Of a stretch of DNA of 61,586 nt, positions 30,547-40,585 are shown piece after piece (positions within the stretch are counted from its first letter, which is position 1; each line of letters opens with the position of its first letter). The DNA is taken from assembly GCA_945928645.1 (NCBI GenBank), contig CAMENR010000004.1:1-61586 (forward strand), in the 5' to 3' direction. The translations under genes and the position numbers were made by a program. This DNA comes from an uncultured Clostridia bacterium. Lineage in GTDB: Bacteria > Bacillota > Clostridia > Christensenellales > UBA1242. Below the pieces are notes generated by a model. It was not told the origin of the DNA and ran no database searches. It was given only the letters and a program-made list of their open reading frames with translations.

Positions 30547-31167
30547 ATGAATTTGCCAAATAAAATAACTTTGTTAAGGATTATGCTTATTCCATTTGTA
30601 ATATTTTTCTATCTAGCAAGCAGTTTTATACCAGGTGCAAAACTTATTGCAACGATACTATTTATAGTTGCAGTGTTGACTGATTTTGTAGATGGAAAGA
30701 TTGCTCGTGGACAAAATCTTGTAACAGTGCTGGGGACTTTTTTAGACTCTATTGCAGACAAAATGCTTGTGTCAACAGGCTTGTTGCTGGTTGTGTGTGA
30801 CGGCACAATTCTTGCACCTATAGGGGTCATTTCGGCAATTATTGTTATTTGCAGAGAGTTTTTGGTCAGTGCATTAAGGCAACTTGGTGCTAGCAAAAAT
30901 GTTATTATTTCTGCAGATATGTGGGGAAAGGTTAAGGCAACAGTGCAATTTGTTACTGTGGCAATGTTTATGTTTGTTGCCTATTTGCACAGCATATCTA
31001 TATTCGAAGGGTGGTTTGCTGTGGCATTGAATATTGTTAGTTATATAGGTCTAGCCCTTACAGTTTTGCTTACAATAATGTCTTGTGTGCATTATTGCTT
31101 GGCGAATAAAGGGTTGTTTAGAGAGGATACTCCAAACAAAAAAATAGAACAAGGGAATGAAGAATGA
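30547..31167 (+). CDS. pgsA: CDP-diacylglycerol--glycerol-3-phosphate 3-phosphatidyltransferase
   Basis: NKITLLRI and the CDP-alcohol phosphatidyltransferase motif DFVDGKIARGQNLVTVLGTFLDSIADK. SD GGAGGG before ATG 30547. Confidence 0.92.
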   Translation: MNLPNKITLLRIMLIPFVIFFYLASSFIPGAKLIATILFIVAVLTDFVDGKIARGQNLVTVLGTFLDSIADKMLVSTGLLLVVCDGTILAPIGVISAIIVICREFLVSALRQLGASKNVIISADMWGKVKATVQFVTVAMFMFVAYLHSISIFEGWFAVALNIVSYIGLALTVLLTIMSCVHYCLANKGLFREDTPNKKIEQGNEE

Positions 31168-32393
31168 AGATTGGGTTGATTGTTGTTTCGCAAAGCGAAA
31201 TAATCTCGCAACACAAAAACAACACAACCAGCCTCATATGCTCTGCACTTGCTAAAAATGGACAAGAAGTCATTTTTTGTAAGGTAATAAAACCTCTATC
31301 CAAACTTGTTCAGACGGAATTGAAAGATGGCTTAGACGAGGTTGATTGTCTTATTGTTGCGTGCGAAAATGAATTTGAAAAAGTTTATATGTGCAAAAAA
31401 ATTTTGTGTGAGATGTTTTCCTGTCAAATGTCGAGCAGTGTTTTTGCAAAAAATAATATAGAAGAATATTCTCAAAAAAATAACATCGTTCTTAAAAAAG
31501 ATGATGTAACATATGCGCAAATGCCAGAGTTTGCTAGGACAATCAAAAATCCAAAAGGGGTGTTTCAGGGGCTTTTGCTTGAAAAGGAAAACAAATCTCT
31601 CTTTCTTTTGCCTTTGGAGCATGGAGAATTGAGTTATATATTCTTTTCTTCTGTTTTGCCATATATTTTGAAGTTTCAACCAGCAACTAGCAAGACTTTT
31701 GTGTTAAAAACCTTTGGGATAAGTCTTTTGGAAATGACTTCTCTGCTTAGGGAAAATATAAAGAATAAATATGGGATAGAAGTGGTGTGTAGCGAGTATC
31801 TTTTGGCTGGAGAGGTGGTTTTTTATGTGCCAAAAGGGGTGCGAAATGACTATGTCAACAATCTGATTATGACTGCCTACTCCAAATTGTTGCCTTATAT
31901 TTATTCCGACAAAGACGAGTCGGAAGTGGAGTTTGTATATTCACTGCTCAGTTTGAGGCATCAAAAAGTGGCTTTTGCAGAAGATTTCACTGCAGGTCAG
32001 ATGTGCCAGATGATGTTTGCTAATATAAAAGATGCAAACAGTGTGCTTGCCGAGAGTTATATCGCGACCACTGGAGAAAGCAAAACAAAACTGCTGGGAG
32101 TGGAAGAAAAACTATTCAAAAAGCCAAAAATAGATTTTGCCGAAGTGGCTTATCAAATGGCACTAGGTGTGCTAGAAAATTCTGGAGCAGATGTTGTTGT
32201 GTCTAATTGTGGCGACATAGAGGAGGGAGAAGTATTCTTCGCTGTAGGCAACAGTGAGGGGATTCACGTCTTTTCTAGGAAAGTAGAAGGCTCTAGAGAG
32301 CAAAAAATAATGATTGCTAGCAACGCAATTTTTTTTGAAATGATAAAAAAAATTAGGCAAAATGATTTTCATTTGGGGCAAACTGTTGTATAA
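31164..32393 (+). CDS. cinA: CinA-family protein (MoCF-like N-domain plus divergent PncC-like C-domain)
   Basis: 409 aa. ATGA overlap with pgsA and located immediately upstream of recA (classic pgsA-cinA-recA order). C-terminal FAEDFTAGQ replaces the usual AESCTGG. Confidence 0.72.
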   Translation: MKIGLIVVSQSEIISQHKNNTTSLICSALAKNGQEVIFCKVIKPLSKLVQTELKDGLDEVDCLIVACENEFEKVYMCKKILCEMFSCQMSSSVFAKNNIEEYSQKNNIVLKKDDVTYAQMPEFARTIKNPKGVFQGLLLEKENKSLFLLPLEHGELSYIFFSSVLPYILKFQPATSKTFVLKTFGISLLEMTSLLRENIKNKYGIEVVCSEYLLAGEVVFYVPKGVRNDYVNNLIMTAYSKLLPYIYSDKDESEVEFVYSLLSLRHQKVAFAEDFTAGQMCQMMFANIKDANSVLAESYIATTGESKTKLLGVEEKLFKKPKIDFAEVAYQMALGVLENSGADVVVSNCGDIEEGEVFFAVGNSEGIHVFSRKVEGSREQKIMIASNAIFFEMIKKIRQNDFHLGQTVV

Positions 32394-32425
32394 TATAGGT
32401 GTAAAAATTTACAAGGGAGAGTCTT

Positions 32426-33433
32426 ATGGACAGAGAAAAAAGTGTAGAACAAGCAATATTGCAGATAGAAAAACAATTTGGCAAAGGTGCTATTATGAAG
32501 TTGGGCGAGCAACCTATGGAAAAGGTTGACGTCATCCCAACAGGTTGCTTGGTGCTAGATAATGCGCTCGGTATCGGTGGAGTGCCAAGAGGGAGAATTG
32601 TGGAGATATATGGACCAGAATCCTCTGGCAAGACAACAGTTTCGTTGCATATTATTGCCGAAGCACAAAAACTTGGTGGAACAGCCGCTTTTATTGATGC
32701 AGAACACGCCCTAGACCCTGTGTATGCAGGACATTTGGGGGTGGATTTGGACGAATTGTATGTTTCCCAACCAGACAACGGAGAGCAAGCATTGGACATT
32801 TGCGAAACACTAGTAAAAAGTGGCGCATTTGACTTGGTTGTTATCGACTCGGTCGCAGCCTTAACCCCAAAAGCAGAAATTGAAGGTGAAATGGGCGAGA
32901 GTTTTATTGGATTGCAAGCAAGGCTTATGAGCCAGGCATTAAGAAAATTGGCTGGCATAACCAACAAAAGTAAATCTTGTGTTATATTTATCAACCAACT
33001 TAGAGATAAGGTGGGTGTTATGTTTGGTTCTCCAGAAACAACAACAGGAGGCAAGGCTCTTAAGTTTTATGCAAGTATTAGGCTGGATGTAAGGAGAGTG
33101 GACGCACTGAAAGATGGTAGCGACATAGTGGGCAACAGGACAAGGGTTAAGGTTGTCAAAAACAAACTTGCTCCACCATTTAAGACTGCTGAGTTTGACA
33201 TCATCTATGGCAAGGGAATTTCTAATGAGGGGTGCATAATTGATCTTGCTGTGGAGCATAATATTATTGCAAAGAGTGGTTCTTGGTTCTCTTACAATGA
33301 CGAAAAGATTGGTCAAGGAAAGGAAAATGTAAAATCCTTCCTAGAAAGACATACAGATATTCGTGATGAGATAGAGCAAAAAATCAAAGAAAAACTCTCT
33401 GCGCAAAATGAATATTCCGCTGAAGAAGAATAA
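32426..33433 (+). CDS. recA: Recombinase RecA
   Basis: [35 protein letters not shown] and VVIDSVAAL; canonical throughout. Confidence 0.98.
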   Translation: MDREKSVEQAILQIEKQFGKGAIMKLGEQPMEKVDVIPTGCLVLDNALGIGGVPRGRIVEIYGPESSGKTTVSLHIIAEAQKLGGTAAFIDAEHALDPVYAGHLGVDLDELYVSQPDNGEQALDICETLVKSGAFDLVVIDSVAALTPKAEIEGEMGESFIGLQARLMSQALRKLAGITNKSKSCVIFINQLRDKVGVMFGSPETTTGGKALKFYASIRLDVRRVDALKDGSDIVGNRTRVKVVKNKLAPPFKTAEFDIIYGKGISNEGCIIDLAVEHNIIAKSGSWFSYNDEKIGQGKENVKSFLERHTDIRDEIEQKIKEKLSAQNEYSAEEE

Positions 33434-33440
33434 ATACAAA

Positions 33441-33468
33441 AATGAGGGCGGTTGCTCTCATTTATTTT
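33441..33468 (+). terminator. Rho-independent terminator after recA
   Basis: AATGAGGGC / GCTCTCATT stem, GGTT loop, T-rich tail. Confidence 0.65.
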
Positions 33469-33481
33469 GGAGGAAGAAATT

Positions 33482-34966
33482 ATGAATAAATTGGGAAAAG
33501 TATTGCTGTCTGTAGTTCTGTGCCTAACTGTTATGTTCACACTTACAGCGTGCACAGGGCTGGGCGGACAGATTGTCGTAAACAAGAATGGAAAATCAGC
33601 ATACGAAATAGCAGTAGATAATGGTTTTGAAGGCACAGAGCAGGAGTGGTTGGCATCGTTAAAGGGCGAAAAGGGAGAAGATGGAACATCGGGCAAAAAT
33701 GGCTCTGACCTCACAGCAGAAAGTTTGTTTCAATTCGCAGTGTCCAAAGGTTTGTATGAAAACACAGAGGAAGGTTACAAACAATTTTTGAAAGATTATG
33801 GCTCGAATGTTATTGCAGAAGATTCATCTTCTATTCAAGAAACAGTTGCAGAGTGCATAAATGAGGTTGTTAGCATATATTGCCCTATAGATGGTGGGGT
33901 TCAACTAGGTGCTGGTGTGTGTTATAGTATGGATAGGACAAACAAAATAGCATACTTTATTACAAACTATCACGTGGTTTCGGTGGAAAGCAACGGGACT
34001 ATTGCTCCAGCAACCACAATCAAACTATACACTTATGGCAATGAAACATTGTTGCTAAGTAATGGGGTAATAGATTATGGCAATGGGGCTATAGATGCAA
34101 CCTATGTTGGTGGCAGTGCAGCATATGACTTGGCTGTGTTAAAAGTGAAAGGTGATGCTTTCGCCAAATTGTCTGCTACTCCAATTAGAGAGGTAAAATT
34201 TGCAAACACCAACAACATTCAACCAGGAAGCAGTGCTATTGCAATAGGCAACCCAATGGGTGAGGGAATATCTGTTACAAGTGGGGTTGTTAGCGTAGAT
34301 AGTGAATATGTTATTATAAGTTATGCAGGTTATTCAAGAAGAATTAGAACAATAAGAATAGATACATCTATCAATTCTGGAAATAGTGGCGGTGGAGTAT
34401 TTAACGATAAGGGCGAACTTATTGGCATAGCCAACTCAAAATACTCAACTTCTAGTTATGAAAATGTTGCCAATGCAATTCCAGCAAGCAATGTCAAGGT
34501 TGTGTGCGAAAATATTATATATTTCCACGAACAAAAGTTGCAAACAGAAGAACTAGATAAGACGGTCGGTGTCCACAGGTTTATAGTTGGATTTAAGTCA
34601 ATTATTGGAGATACAAGCAATAGTTACGACGTAATTACAAAAACAAACATTAGAACAGAACAAATTATTGTGGTAGAAGTTCTAGAAGACTCCAAAGCAA
34701 GCGAAATAGGTATGCAAGTAAATGATGTTGTGCTTGGTATTAATATAACACGTGCAAGCGGTGAGGTAGAGGAAGTAAGATTCTCCAAATTATTTGAAAT
34801 GACAGACATAATGCTTACTGTAAGACCAGGAGATAAGGTGCAATTGGTTGTTTCAAGGGTTGTGGAACAAGAGGGTGTTTCAACTACCAACACAGTAACA
34901 CTTGATGAAATACTAATTGAAGTTGAGGGATTTACAGAATACAAAAACAATGATTCTATGGCATAA
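33482..34966 (+). CDS. S1C (HtrA/trypsin-like) serine protease lipoprotein with C-terminal PDZ-like region
   Basis: Lipobox LTAC. Catalytic His (ITNYHVV), Asp (YDLAVLKV) and Ser (GNSGGGVF). ATG 33482 after SD GGAGGAAG. N-terminal SAYEIAVDNGF...GEKGEDG motif. Confidence 0.8.
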   Translation: MNKLGKVLLSVVLCLTVMFTLTACTGLGGQIVVNKNGKSAYEIAVDNGFEGTEQEWLASLKGEKGEDGTSGKNGSDLTAESLFQFAVSKGLYENTEEGYKQFLKDYGSNVIAEDSSSIQETVAECINEVVSIYCPIDGGVQLGAGVCYSMDRTNKIAYFITNYHVVSVESNGTIAPATTIKLYTYGNETLLLSNGVIDYGNGAIDATYVGGSAAYDLAVLKVKGDAFAKLSATPIREVKFANTNNIQPGSSAIAIGNPMGEGISVTSGVVSVDSEYVIISYAGYSRRIRTIRIDTSINSGNSGGGVFNDKGELIGIANSKYSTSSYENVANAIPASNVKVVCENIIYFHEQKLQTEELDKTVGVHRFIVGFKSIIGDTSNSYDVITKTNIRTEQIIVVEVLEDSKASEIGMQVNDVVLGINITRASGEVEEVRFSKLFEMTDIMLTVRPGDKVQLVVSRVVEQEGVSTTNTVTLDEILIEVEGFTEYKNNDSMA

Positions 34967-35068
34967 TTAGTTGATTCAAAACAATTTACTTGTATTTAAT
35001 AGTTTCTATTGGATGCAAGTGCCTATAAGCATTATATAAATGCCTAATTTACACTTTATATTGATAAA

Positions 35069-35098
35069 AACAAGACCAGTTTTGGCCTTGTTTTTTTG
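35069..35098 (+). terminator. Rho-independent terminator
   Basis: AACAAGACCA / TGGCCTTGTT stem (one mismatch), GTTT loop, T7. Confidence 0.65.
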
Positions 35099-35229
35099 AT
35101 TTTTATAAACTTAAAATATATTTAATTGTTGCTAATATATATATGAAAATATAAAAGGTAACAAAATTAGAAGATTGTGTAGCAATAGATACAGGAAGTT
35201 AACAAAAGACAAATTGCAATAATTAAAAT

Positions 35230-35544
35230 TTAGTTGGTGTTTAGCCTAAGTTTGTTCTCTAGTAGCATTTGATTTTCTGCTGACAATGTAGATATTGCTT
35301 GAGATAGCAATGCCTTATCTTCAGGAGTTAATAACATACTTTCCAAAGCAGAAGTCTTGATTATGCTCACACCACCACCTTTTCCTCTTTTTGTGATTGT
35401 TGGGATACCTGCACTCTCAAATTCGCTAAGATATCTATATACTGTTCTTGTAGAAATTTCAAATTTTTCTGCTAGTTGTTGGGCTGTTATGCAATCCTTA
35501 TTGCACAATTCAAGCAAAATCCCTAGGGAAATATATTGTTTCAT
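35230..35544 (-). CDS. Small HTH (DeoR/HTH_11-type) DNA-binding protein
   Basis: 104 aa; ITAQQLAEKFEISTRTVYRYLSEFESAGIP is a typical wHTH. SD GGAGG 7 nt before the ATG. No effector domain. Confidence 0.65.
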   Translation of the reverse strand: MKQYISLGILLELCNKDCITAQQLAEKFEISTRTVYRYLSEFESAGIPTITKRGKGGGVSIIKTSALESMLLTPEDKALLSQAISTLSAENQMLLENKLRLNTN

Positions 35545-35935
35545 CTTTTACCCTCCTATTACTGTAACTGATTATATCATCTATGTTTTTATTTGTCAAA
35601 CATATGTTTTATAAACAATAAAATTTGTTTTTTGGTATATATATTTTTTGCTACTGAAATCAATTTTACTGATAAATAATACATAAAGTTGTCTTAGAGT
35701 TTTTGTAAATCTTTTTTGAATACATATTATTCTAAAGTTTTTTATTTATTGTAAAATATTTTAATTGAAGTATAAAAATTTTTTGTAAACCTTGTTTGAT
35801 ATAAATTCTTGGTATTTGGATATATTAACAACAAATTCATAAAATAGTAATAATGTTTGAAAAAGAATAAAGAGTAATGGTTTTGTAGAAAATCTTTGTT
35901 TTGGCAACAAAATAATGTTTTTGAGGGGGTAAAAT

Positions 35936-38659
35936 TTGAATAATAAAGGCAAGAATATTTTGAAATTTATAACACCTGCTGTATGCAAAGAGGAGGCTCT
36001 GCTATCAGCCAATGGTGAAATGGGGGTATTGGTATATGGAGGGGCAAAGAGGGATACCATAAGATTTTGCCAGGCGGGTTTGTGTGAAACAAAGTGTGTG
36101 GACGAACTCCAAAGTCTTTGCAACTTTGATTGTAATAAAAATTGTGATTGTTGCAACTGTGGGGAGGATTGCCCTTGTATATGTGGCAAAAACAACGAGA
36201 GATACAAAGCATCAGATTTTACAACTAACAGAGGGGAGAATCTAAGTGAGAATAAGGATATAGAGCAACTTTGTGATGAATTTCCTGATCTGACTAAGGA
36301 ATTTGATGAGATGAAAGTTTTGGTTGCAAAAGGGGAGTATGTAAAGGCTCAAAATTTAATGACGGAGAAAATATTGTCCCTTGGCAAGAAAAACATAAAA
36401 AAAAGGCCTATTGCTGTGTGCAATTTGAATTTTGACTTTGATGTGGAGAGTTCTGTTGAAGATTATTATCGTGCATTGGATATGGATAGCGGAGAAATAA
36501 AGGTTTTGTTTGAGGATAACAAAGGCATAATAGAAAGGAATATGTTTGTATCAAGCAAGACAGGTCTTTTTGTGTGTAAAATATCTGCAAGAGGTGGTAA
36601 GAAGATTGATTTTTCCTTTTGGATTTCTAATGCAGTGGAATATGATGAAAGAGATGAGATTGATTTGACAGATAATATTATGACATATTCAACATATGCT
36701 CCTAATGGACAAAAAATTGGTGTAGTATTAAAGTTTGTTCTTAGAGGTGGGAGTTTTGAACAGCATGGCAAAAAGATTGTTGTAGACGGAGCAGATGAGG
36801 TAAACATTTTTGCAAAAACCTTTGTGTGTGAGAAGATTGAGAAAAATAATTCTGGTGTGAACGAAAAAAAACAAAAAAATAAAAAACAAGAAATTGATAA
36901 AAATGAAAATGTTGTGACAAAAAATAGTGATGAAATAAATAAAAATAGCAATGATATAAATGAAAACGGTGATGAAAAGATAAATGTTGATACAAAAAGG
37001 GGACTTTTGGTTGAAAATACCAAAACAACAGAAGTAAAGATTGCAGGTAATGATAATGTTAGTGGAATTGATAAATTTGACAACAATCAAAAATATTTGG
37101 AGCAACATTTTTTTGATGCTCAAAGGCTGATTGGTAGGGCAAGGGGAAATTATGAAGATTTTTTATTGGAGCAAAAAGAAGTTTTTAGTAGCAAAATGAG
37201 TTTTCCTCAGGTGGAACTGGGAGATGGCGAAGTGGAGAGTGTTGAGAAAATGATTTTTCTCGCCCGTCAAGGAGAAATTATCCCTGACCTTGTTGAAAAA
37301 CTTTGTAAATTTGGCTGTTATTTATTCGCTATATCTTCTGGCAGTTTGTTTGACTTTCCAAGTGGTGTTTTTGACTTGTGTTTGGGGCAAACCAATCATT
37401 ATCTTCAAGTAGAAAACTTAATGTTTCCTTGTTTTTTTGGTGGAGATATCAGTGCAGAGGTGTTTTTTGACAAATATTTTGATAGACTTTCTGTGTATGA
37501 AGATTTATGCAAAAAAATGTTTGGATTTGAAGGGATTTTTGTTCCAAGTTTGCAGAATAGCAAGGGCTACCCAAGTTTTATTGAGGGGCAAAATTTACAC
37601 AACAACAATGTAGCTGGTTTGATTTGTTTTTTTATCTACAAATATTATCTAAAATCATACGACCAAAATTTTTTGAAAAAGTCTTATAATTTTTTAACAA
37701 AAACTGGGGATTTTTATGCCAATTTCTTTGTTGAAAATGTCCAAGCAAAAACTTTGGAATCTCCTTTTGGCATTTCACCATATTCAAGGCCAAAGGGAAA
37801 AGTTTTTTATATTTCGCCCAATCCTATGGTGGATTTTGCTACTGCGAAGGGAGTATTTAAGATATTGGTTGAGGTTTGCAACATCTTGGGGGAAAAGGAA
37901 CAAAAAGAAAAGTTTGAGAGATTGCTTTCTTTGGTTCCAGATGTTCAAGTGGATAATAACGGACTAATAAAGGAATACAACTTAAACGGTTTGCTTGCAG
38001 ATGAAACTTCACCATTTATTTCTCACCTTGTGCCATATTGCATAGGAGCAAAGCGCTTTGAGACAAAGAAAGATTTTGAGGCATTGGTTGCCAATTCCAT
38101 AAAGAGCAGATACCTCAATGCCACAGGTAAATATCGTTCCAATGACTTGTGCAGAATGGCTCTGGGGCTTTTTGCTTGTGGAGAAGGGGCTGATGGCTAT
38201 GAAATATTGAAAACACTTATCAAAAACTTTCTGTCAAACAACTTACTATTTAGTCTATATGACCATCTTGGTTTTGGAATGGGGTTGATTGGGAGTAAAA
38301 ACGACCTTCCATTTGACACAAATATTATGTTGTTTTCCTGCATAAAGAATATGTTTGTTAAATCATGCAAAAGTGATATATTTCTGTTTGACTCCTTTCC
38401 ACAAGAACTGAGAAGATGCTCTATAAAATCTGTAATTTTGGACGAAGGAGTAATGTGTGATATGTGGGTAATCAATCGTAGAGTAGTAAGATTGCTCCTT
38501 AGGTCAAACAAGGACACATCTGTCAATGTCTATATGCCTCGTGGCACAAAAAAAGTAAAGGTAAGGGGTGCTTTGTTTGATTATCATCAAAATGCAATTT
38601 TTGGATTAGGGCTCAAGAAGAATAAAAAGAAAAAATTAAAAATTTATTTTGAGGGTTGA
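35936..38659 (+). CDS. Highly divergent GH95-like (six-hairpin glycosidase fold) protein with Cys-rich and N/K-rich insertions
   Basis: 907 aa, TTG start after SD GAGGGGG. N-terminal NGEMGVLVYGGAKRDTIRF, then YYRALDMDSGEIKV...ERNMFVSS, then C-terminal SPFISHL ... LPFDTN ... LFDSFPQEL. This order mirrors the GH95 layout as I remember it, but the canonical catalytic-region motifs are not conserved. Confidence 0.45.
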   Translation: MNNKGKNILKFITPAVCKEEALLSANGEMGVLVYGGAKRDTIRFCQAGLCETKCVDELQSLCNFDCNKNCDCCNCGEDCPCICGKNNERYKASDFTTNRGENLSENKDIEQLCDEFPDLTKEFDEMKVLVAKGEYVKAQNLMTEKILSLGKKNIKKRPIAVCNLNFDFDVESSVEDYYRALDMDSGEIKVLFEDNKGIIERNMFVSSKTGLFVCKISARGGKKIDFSFWISNAVEYDERDEIDLTDNIMTYSTYAPNGQKIGVVLKFVLRGGSFEQHGKKIVVDGADEVNIFAKTFVCEKIEKNNSGVNEKKQKNKKQEIDKNENVVTKNSDEINKNSNDINENGDEKINVDTKRGLLVENTKTTEVKIAGNDNVSGIDKFDNNQKYLEQHFFDAQRLIGRARGNYEDFLLEQKEVFSSKMSFPQVELGDGEVESVEKMIFLARQGEIIPDLVEKLCKFGCYLFAISSGSLFDFPSGVFDLCLGQTNHYLQVENLMFPCFFGGDISAEVFFDKYFDRLSVYEDLCKKMFGFEGIFVPSLQNSKGYPSFIEGQNLHNNNVAGLICFFIYKYYLKSYDQNFLKKSYNFLTKTGDFYANFFVENVQAKTLESPFGISPYSRPKGKVFYISPNPMVDFATAKGVFKILVEVCNILGEKEQKEKFERLLSLVPDVQVDNNGLIKEYNLNGLLADETSPFISHLVPYCIGAKRFETKKDFEALVANSIKSRYLNATGKYRSNDLCRMALGLFACGEGADGYEILKTLIKNFLSNNLLFSLYDHLGFGMGLIGSKNDLPFDTNIMLFSCIKNMFVKSCKSDIFLFDSFPQELRRCSIKSVILDEGVMCDMWVINRRVVRLLLRSNKDTSVNVYMPRGTKKVKVRGALFDYHQNAIFGLGLKKNKKKKLKIYFEG

Positions 38660-38762
38660 AAATTTTTTTTATAAATCTATGTTTCTGCTTGTGGACTTTG
38701 ATAAAATATGATACAATATGTATGATAAAACTTTGGGTTTTGCCAAAGACTTTGGAGAAAAT

Positions 38763-39254
38763 ATGGAGAAAGTTTTTGAAGAATACAGCAACTGGGCTGG
38801 GTTGAATGTAACACAAAGGATAGAAGCATTGAAGGACTGTGTTAAGTTTTATGAAATAAAAACTGTGCAGTTTATTATGACTAAGGTTGTGCCACAAAGG
38901 CGTATGTCTTACAAAAAAGTCCCTGTAAAACTGGAGATTACCACAGAGCAAGTAGGCGGTAGAGATGTGTCATTTTCGGATAATATTGTTTATGTTGTCC
39001 AGACATCTTTGCTTGCAGACAAAAAACAACTGTTTTATGATGTAGCAAAAAACACCATATGCGCTGTCTTTTTGAATATGTTTTCCAACACTTCCACTGA
39101 CCCAAATTCCAAGACAAGATTTGGGACATTGGCATCTAACTTTCTTGCAACAATTACCAGTGAATTTGGGCAGGGTACTGCATTTGAGCAGGACATAATG
39201 CAGGCTTTTGAGATGTCTATGTCTATGGCTACAGAGATGACTGCTGGCGAATGA
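38763..39254 (+). CDS. Hypothetical protein
   Basis: ORF 38718-39254. I prefer ATG 38763 (SD GGAG at 38754-38757, 5-nt spacer), because ATG 38718 abuts a -10-like TGaTACAAT with no SD. No recognisable domain. Confidence 0.5.
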   Translation: MEKVFEEYSNWAGLNVTQRIEALKDCVKFYEIKTVQFIMTKVVPQRRMSYKKVPVKLEITTEQVGGRDVSFSDNIVYVVQTSLLADKKQLFYDVAKNTICAVFLNMFSNTSTDPNSKTRFGTLASNFLATITSEFGQGTAFEQDIMQAFEMSMSMATEMTAGE

Positions 39255-39340
39255 CCAACTCTAAAATTAAAACGACCATCTATAATTGAAGCAACAGTCA
39301 ATAATTAAAATAATAACATTATAAAAAAACAACTAAAAAT

Positions 39341-39401
39341 CCTCGCAAATTGTCATGTGAATGTTTTTTTGCAAAAATTCACTTGATTGCGAGGTTTTTT
39401 T
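39341..39401. terminator. Long bidirectional hairpin terminator between convergent genes
   Basis: CCTCGCAA (39341-39348) pairs with TTGCGAGG (39387-39394), with an inner GTGAAT/ATTCAC helix. A-run upstream, T7 downstream. Confidence 0.65.
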
Positions 39402-39499
39402 GAAATAGTTTATCAAAAAAGAAGTTAGTTTTGCCAATTTAAGTCTATGCTAATTTACTTTTTGTGTGTAGATAATTGGACATAAGTGCCAAGGCAGAT

Positions 39500-40585
39500 T
39501 TATCTTTTATTTGACGATTTTGGTGCGGTTATTTTTAGGATTTGGTGCATAATGTTCTCCGTTCCGTGTGTGAGCGTAGAGGCAGTTTGATTGCTCATTG
39601 CAGTGGCTATTGTTATGGAGTTTTGTAGAGTTTTTTCTATTTCCAACATCAACGACTGTGGAGTTAGGTCTTTTTGTTGTATTACACTTGCAAAGTTTTG
39701 CGATTTGAAATATTCTGCATTTTCTACTTGGTCACCACGAGAATTGCCCTTTGGTAGTGGAATGAGTATCATTGGCTTTTTGAGTGCAAGCAGTTCGCAA
39801 ATTGCACCAGAGCCACTGCGAGAAACTACAAGATCGGCAAGGGCAAAAAGATGCTCTATCTCAAAGCAAAATTCTGCTTGAAAATAGTTTGGATGCTTGA
39901 TATTAGGGTTAAATTTTCCTTTGCCTACAAGGTGAATTATATTGTATTTTTTGCAAAGGGTAGGCAGTGAAGAAAAAATCACATCATTCAAATCTTTTGC
40001 CCCAGTAGACCCTCCTGTTACAAGAATAAAAGGTTTGTTAGAAGGAGCAAGAGAGGAGATTTCTAAGCCTTTTTGCTTGTCGCCATAGAAGAGTTGTTCT
40101 CTTATTGGAGAACCTGTGAATACTCCATTTTTTAACTTTTTGGCAGTGGTTGGAAAGGTGGTGCAAAAAACTTTGGACATTCTCGCAATACACTTGTTTG
40201 CTAATCCAAGAGTAAGGTCAGATTCGTGCCCAATTATAGAGATTTTTTGAAGTTTTGCCCCTATGCAAACAGGCACTGCAACATATCCTCCCTTAGAAAA
40301 TACTAATTGAGGAGAAAGGTTTTTTAGTATTTTTTTGCATTTGAGGCTGGATTTTATTACTTTGAATGGCAAGAGGAGATTTTTGAAGATATTTTGTCTA
40401 ACAAACTTGCATGTAGGCACTTCAAAATATTCCACATCTTTTTGATGAGAAATCAGTTCTTTTTCTATTCCATTTCCACCAATATAGCAGATTCGGTCAA
40501 AATACTTTCGCAAGTGGGGGAGTAGGCTGATGTTTGGGATAACATGACCTCCTGTGCCACCGCCAGTTAACACAATAGTTTTCAT
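39500..40585 (-). CDS. murG: UDP-N-acetylglucosamine--N-acetylmuramyl-(pentapeptide) pyrophosphoryl-undecaprenol GlcNAc transferase MurG
   Basis: MKTIVLTGGGTGGHVIP N-terminus, GGSTGA, and RSGSGAICELLALKKPMILIP. Confidence 0.93.
   Translation of the reverse strand: MKTIVLTGGGTGGHVIPNISLLPHLRKYFDRICYIGGNGIEKELISHQKDVEYFEVPTCKFVRQNIFKNLLLPFKVIKSSLKCKKILKNLSPQLVFSKGGYVAVPVCIGAKLQKISIIGHESDLTLGLANKCIARMSKVFCTTFPTTAKKLKNGVFTGSPIREQLFYGDKQKGLEISSLAPSNKPFILVTGGSTGAKDLNDVIFSSLPTLCKKYNIIHLVGKGKFNPNIKHPNYFQAEFCFEIEHLFALADLVVSRSGSGAICELLALKKPMILIPLPKGNSRGDQVENAEYFKSQNFASVIQQKDLTPQSLMLEIEKTLQNSITIATAMSNQTASTLTHGTENIMHQILKITAPKSSNKR

Noticed and set aside
32353-33054. 233-aa minus-strand ORF overlapping recA
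   Set aside because: It is a shadow ORF antisense to canonical recA, with no start context or recognisable motif.
36466-37123. Several 95-206-aa minus-strand ORFs inside the GH95-like gene
   Set aside because: They fall on the N/K-rich low-complexity insert and have F/L/S-rich shadow-frame composition.
38718-38762. ATG 38718 as the start of the orphan at 38.7 kb
   Set aside because: It directly abuts a -10-like box and has no SD, whereas the in-frame ATG 38763 has GGAG with a 5-nt spacer. This remains uncertain.
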